From Paragordius varius (taxonomy: Eukaryota; Animalia; Nematomorpha), in assembly GCA_964247055.1 (NCBI GenBank), contig OZ176057.1, positions 2,046,001-2,110,000 on the forward strand: 64,000 nt of DNA, written 5' to 3'. Made by a program: the position numbers and the translations under genes. Each line of letters opens with the position of its first letter. Position 1 is the stretch's first letter. The notes under the pieces were generated by a model, which did not search any database, had not been told where the DNA came from, and was given only the letters and a program-made list of their open reading frames with translations. Below, one piece after another: positions 62,940 to 64,000 of the stretch.

Positions 62940-64000
62940 TATTTATTTATTCAAAATATTCAACACCCGATTCGACATTTCTCTCATATCTCATAAATGA
63001 ATGTCGGGCAAATGATTGAATTTTGCAGCTAACCATTCGTTAAGCCATTTTCCCGTCTTTGAAAATATTGAAATTTTGTTCTGCGAGGTTCCCCATTGAT
63101 GCTGCATTATTCAGATGGAACGGGTCAGAAGAGTTCAGGGAAAAATTCAAAAGCGATCAAGGTGTCATTTGCTGTGAGAAACGAGCATTATCTTGCGAAA
63201 TCGTTTTGCCATGTTTTTGGCTCATTTCAGTTGTTTTTCGATTAATACATGATCGTCATGTATTTGTTAACTATAGTGTAAAATTTCACGGGACTTCAAA
63301 ACTTTAATTTACAATACCCTGGTCCCTCAAACACAGTCATGATTTTACTGAAGCGATTTGGCATTATGGATTGACAGGCTTGGCAAGATAAAGGCACGAT
63401 TTTTCCGCTTTGAATTACAAAATAAATAATTACTCATCAGTCGCGATCCGATGAAAAAATTATTTATTTTCATGACGCTGAAGCAGGATTTAAGTCACTT
63501 TAAGATTTTTGATTTGACGTTCATTCGAATTGAAGACCTATTTATCAAGTTTGTTGGGTTTTCCCATTCTCGCAGACATATTTTGATTGTTTTTTTGTGA
63601 TAAATGTAACGCCTCTGCTAATTGTTGTCAGTTTTGAGTTGGGTCATAATCAATAATTCTTGGACTTGTTCGCAGTTGTGTTGCCAAAGGCATTCTTTTA
63701 CATGAAATCACAACTTATTATTTATAAACTTTTCACGTGTGTCAATCGATAGAGCAAGTTTACTATATGTTTCTACTACCAAACGATAATTTTTAACAGT
63801 CGATTTCTTTTGATGGTTAAGTGTGCCGAAATTTCAGGAAAATTCGCCATGAATTAACGATAAAAATTAGTCGTTACAGTAAGCTCGATTTGGGTAGTTT
63901 GACGATTAATGTTAGATGAACGAAATGGGGTATGCAACCAATTATTCGTCTGCGTACTTATCTCTGACGTCTTCTCGTAAAACCGGTAAGAACTTAAAAA
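62940..64000 (-). mobile_element. Decayed mariner transposase (Mos1-like), probably running off the window end; left boundary approximate
   Basis: Minus-strand fragments LLQRHENK..HRIATDE, NSKRK, QDNAR, SD.FHL..ASMGNLAEQNF..EWLAAK match the mariner order (TxDE, HDNARPH, SDYHLFASMGHALAEQRF..EWFAAK); many stops and frameshifts. Confidence 0.75.

Noticed and set aside
1269-62996. Remaining 60-90 aa ORFs rich in F/I/L/K/N/Y
   Set aside because: Composition is that of random AT-rich DNA, many start at TTG/GTG, and most overlap MITEs; no motifs or splice support.
63059-63307. Plus-strand 82-aa ORF (also 47105-47311, 48052-48324, 6835-7053, 7188-7397, 24568-24759)
   Set aside because: Antisense shadows of mariner, Gypsy, LINE or DUR3 coding sequence.

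Overview
Very AT-rich (roughly 75-80% by eye), intron-rich eukaryotic DNA, most likely from an invertebrate animal; no prokaryotic features (no operons, CRISPR, rRNA or tRNA seen). The centre holds a complete 12-exon minus-strand gene (44605->23287, 861 aa) for a DUR3-type urea transporter of the sodium:solute symporter fold. I assembled it by hand from GT-AG exons with consistent phases, most of which the ORF track misses. It carries an unusual Cys/His-rich cytoplasmic insertion. Also present: the first two coding exons of an aldo-keto reductase (60709-60948, continuing past the window), a candidate 58-aa single-pass membrane microprotein (17067-17533), and two candidate orphan multi-exon genes (minus ~8482->4937; plus ~49224->51020) that look like distant paralogues. 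The rest is a dense transposon mosaic: a Blackjack-type hAT with 8-bp TSD, a decayed RTE LINE and two LINE fragments, the 3' half of a Gypsy element with LTR, a decayed mariner, non-autonomous Helitrons, and many MITE/foldback families, several nested. Repeat boundaries called approximate were judged by eye. No searches were run.
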